39,890 nucleotides of DNA from Cytophagales bacterium (GTDB lineage Bacteria; Bacteroidota; Bacteroidia; Cytophagales; Spirosomataceae), in assembly GCA_031424875.1 (NCBI GenBank), contig JANPIG010000711.1:1-39890 (forward strand). Reading direction: 5' to 3'. Below are positions 38,196 through 39,890 of the stretch, piece after piece; within the stretch, counting starts at the first letter, position 1; the number at the start of each line of letters is the position of its first letter. The notes under the pieces are model-generated. The model saw only the letters and a list, made by a program, of their open reading frames with translations, was not told the origin of the DNA and did not search any database. A program made the position numbers and the translations under genes.

Positions 38196-38282
38196 CGGTA
38201 CATGGTGAACGGTAAACGATACACAGTCTTTGACGAAATTTTTTCCTAAAACCGTGTGCCTTTTACCGTTCACTGTATACCG
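38196..38282. repeat. Heptamer-periodic imperfect hairpin between convergent hemB and pnuC
   Basis: CGGTACATGGTGAACGGTAAACGATACACAGT pairs with ACCGTGTGCCTTTTACCGTTCACTGTATACCG. Confidence 0.75.
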
Positions 38283-38844
38283 AAATTTTCCAATCTCGAT
38301 AACCCTTTACCGCCAACACGATCAAAAGAACATACAAAACTGCTGTTCCATTCAATCCCTTGTATAGGTACATTCCTACGTAAACAACGTCAGCAAAAAT
38401 CCATAATACCCAATTTTCCAGATACTTACGAGCCGTCATCCACGTAGCAATTAAACTTATTGCCGTTAATGAAGAATCTAAATACGGCAAACTGGCTTTT
38501 GTATATAGACTGAATAAATAGCCCGAAATGAGAGTGAAAATCATGAAAAATATAAGGCAGACAATTGATATTTTTAGGGGAGTTTTACTAACCAATAAAA
38601 CCGTTTTTTCTTTACTCCCAAATCTCCACGAAAACCAGCCATAAATACTAAGAAGAATAAATACACCCTGCAAACCCATATCCGAAAACAGAAGAGCTTG
38701 ATAAAAAATGATGCTATAAATGGCGGAGGACACTATTGCCCAAAACCATCCCCAAACGTTTTGTTGTGTATTGAGCCAAATACAAATCAATGAAGTAAGA
38801 ATGCCCAGATTTTCGAGCCAATTTTGTTGGAGGTATTCAATCAT
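38263..38844 (-). CDS. pnuC: Nicotinamide riboside transporter PnuC family
   Basis: Multi-TM; Q....LS.YGW..W, PYLDS, ARKYLENW.LW..D motif. Confidence 0.9.
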   Translation of the reverse strand: MIEYLQQNWLENLGILTSLICIWLNTQQNVWGWFWAIVSSAIYSIIFYQALLFSDMGLQGVFILLSIYGWFSWRFGSKEKTVLLVSKTPLKISIVCLIFFMIFTLISGYLFSLYTKASLPYLDSSLTAISLIATWMTARKYLENWVLWIFADVVYVGMYLYKGLNGTAVLYVLLIVLAVKGYRDWKISVYSER

Positions 38845-38870
38845 ATTTGTTTCGATTTTTAAACCTGTTT

Positions 38871-39013
38871 AAAATTTCCATAGGTTAAAACTTATGGCTA
38901 CAAGAGAACCGAGCCTATGGCTCTTTCTACAATTATTTCTTGTTTTATTTCCTTACAAAAGAGCCATAGGCTCGGTTCTCTTGTAGCCGTGGATTTTAAT
39001 CCATGGAAATTTT
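38871..39013. repeat. GTAG-type REP doublet / REPIN-like element (143 bp)
   Basis: 56-nt inverted arms with a 31-bp perfect core (38896-38926 vs 38958-38988); GTAG followed by CCGTGGATT-TT-AATCCATGG palindrome. Confidence 0.85.
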
Positions 39014-39015
39014 TA

Positions 39016-39690
39016 TCATATTTGTTTAGATTGTGCTTTCATAACCTTTCTTTCCAATGCCTCATAATACTTGCACAAGCCTTTCAAGGCACATTCTCCA
39101 CATTTGGGCGAACGGGCTACACATACATAGCGCCCGTGCAAAATCAACCAATGATGAGCCACAGCTACGTTTTCTTTTGGAATATATTTAATTAATTCCC
39201 TTTCAACTGCCAAAGGGGTCTTTGCTGATTTGGGCACTAAACCCAAGCGATGCGAAACCCTGAAAACGTGCGTATCAACTGCCATAGCTGGTTGATTGTA
39301 AATTACTGAAACAATAACGTTAGCAGTTTTTCGTCCAACTCCTTGAAGCGTTTGAAGTTCCTCAATAGTATTTGGTACTTCCGAATTGTATTCACTTACC
39401 AATCTTTGAGCCATGGCAATCAAATGCTTAGCTTTATTATTGGGATATGAAACTGAACGAATCAAATTGAAAACTTCCTCAAATTCAGCCTTTGCCAATG
39501 ATTCGGCATCGGGAAAACGATTGAATAGGTGAGGAGTAACCATGTTTACTCGCTTGTCCGTACACTGCGCAGACATTATCACGGCAACCAACAACTCATA
39601 CGGATTTTGATAGGCCAATTCAGTTTCAGCAATGGGAAAGTTGTCAGTAAAATAACTTATTAATTGTTTATAGCGGTCTTTTTTGAGCAT
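39016..39690 (-). CDS. nth: Endonuclease III
   Basis: SAQCTD.RVN, HhH L.GVGRKTANV, VDTHV.R, 4Fe-4S motif C-x6-C-x2-C-x5-C. Confidence 0.97.
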   Translation of the reverse strand: MLKKDRYKQLISYFTDNFPIAETELAYQNPYELLVAVIMSAQCTDKRVNMVTPHLFNRFPDAESLAKAEFEEVFNLIRSVSYPNNKAKHLIAMAQRLVSEYNSEVPNTIEELQTLQGVGRKTANVIVSVIYNQPAMAVDTHVFRVSHRLGLVPKSAKTPLAVERELIKYIPKENVAVAHHWLILHGRYVCVARSPKCGECALKGLCKYYEALERKVMKAQSKQI

Positions 39691-39787
39691 TTCAAATAAA
39701 TGTTTTGATTGAAACTATAATTGAGCATTGTAAAATTAAGACAATTTATCAATGATTACACTAATATTGTCATGTTACCAAGACCTT

Positions 39788-39833
39788 AAAAGAGCCGTAA
39801 GCTCGGTCAATATTGTAGCCAGAGATTTTGATT
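39788..39833 (+). repeat. Degenerate single copy of the 38958-39013 REP arm
   Basis: AAAAGAGCCGTAAGCTCGGTCAATATTGTAGCCAGAGATTTTGAT aligns to AAAAGAGCCATAGGCTCGGTTCTCTTGTAGCCGTGGATTTTAAT. Confidence 0.75.
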
Positions 39834-39890
39834 ACTGATTTTCTTTGAAAATAGAATCATTCCATTACAAAATACGATGAAAACAATATA

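Noticed and set aside
38845-39015. Riboswitch upstream of pnuC
   Set aside because: The structure is a REP doublet with another copy at 39788. I found no recognisable TPP, FMN or NAD riboswitch core.
38917-39195. 92-aa plus-strand ORF
   Set aside because: It starts within the REP and runs antisense to nth; no coding features.
1-39890. Genome-wide TAG reassignment (genetic code 15 or pyrrolysine)
   Set aside because: Seven genes end at TAG at their expected family C-termini, no housekeeping gene has an internal TAG, and no pyl genes are visible.

Overview
A 39.9-kb AT-rich chromosomal window from a Bacteroidota genome, probably Cytophagales, judged from gldJ, TAnnTTTG promoters and gene content. 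Most genes are housekeeping: mnmG (truncated at the window edge), ybeY, a DUF4175-type coiled-coil protein, xth, comF, gldJ, mfd, ychJ, a MocR regulator with its target operon, eda, rhaT, a DEAD-box helicase, alpha-2-macroglobulin, pit plus a phosphate porin, hemB, pnuC and nth. I saw no rRNA, tRNA, CRISPR array or transposase. Main points: (1) an accessory block at 25453-28340, where a 72-bp single-mismatch palindrome abuts the ATG of an AAA_14/DUF4143 ATPase-nuclease, which converges on an orphan ABC-3C/Lamassu-effector-like nuclease fused to an unrecognised domain; (2) two genes interrupted by an in-frame TAG, both followed by C, with the reading frame continuing afterwards (that nuclease and the phosphate porin); (3) apparent Arg substitutions in conserved PiT motifs in the same phosphate operon; (4) two identical parS-like 16-mers in the mnmG-ybeY spacer; (5) comF reading through a 27-bp perfect hairpin into gldJ; (6) many GTAG-type REP doublets and 7-8-nt-periodic hairpins in intergenic gaps. 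All family calls come from motif recognition, not database searches.
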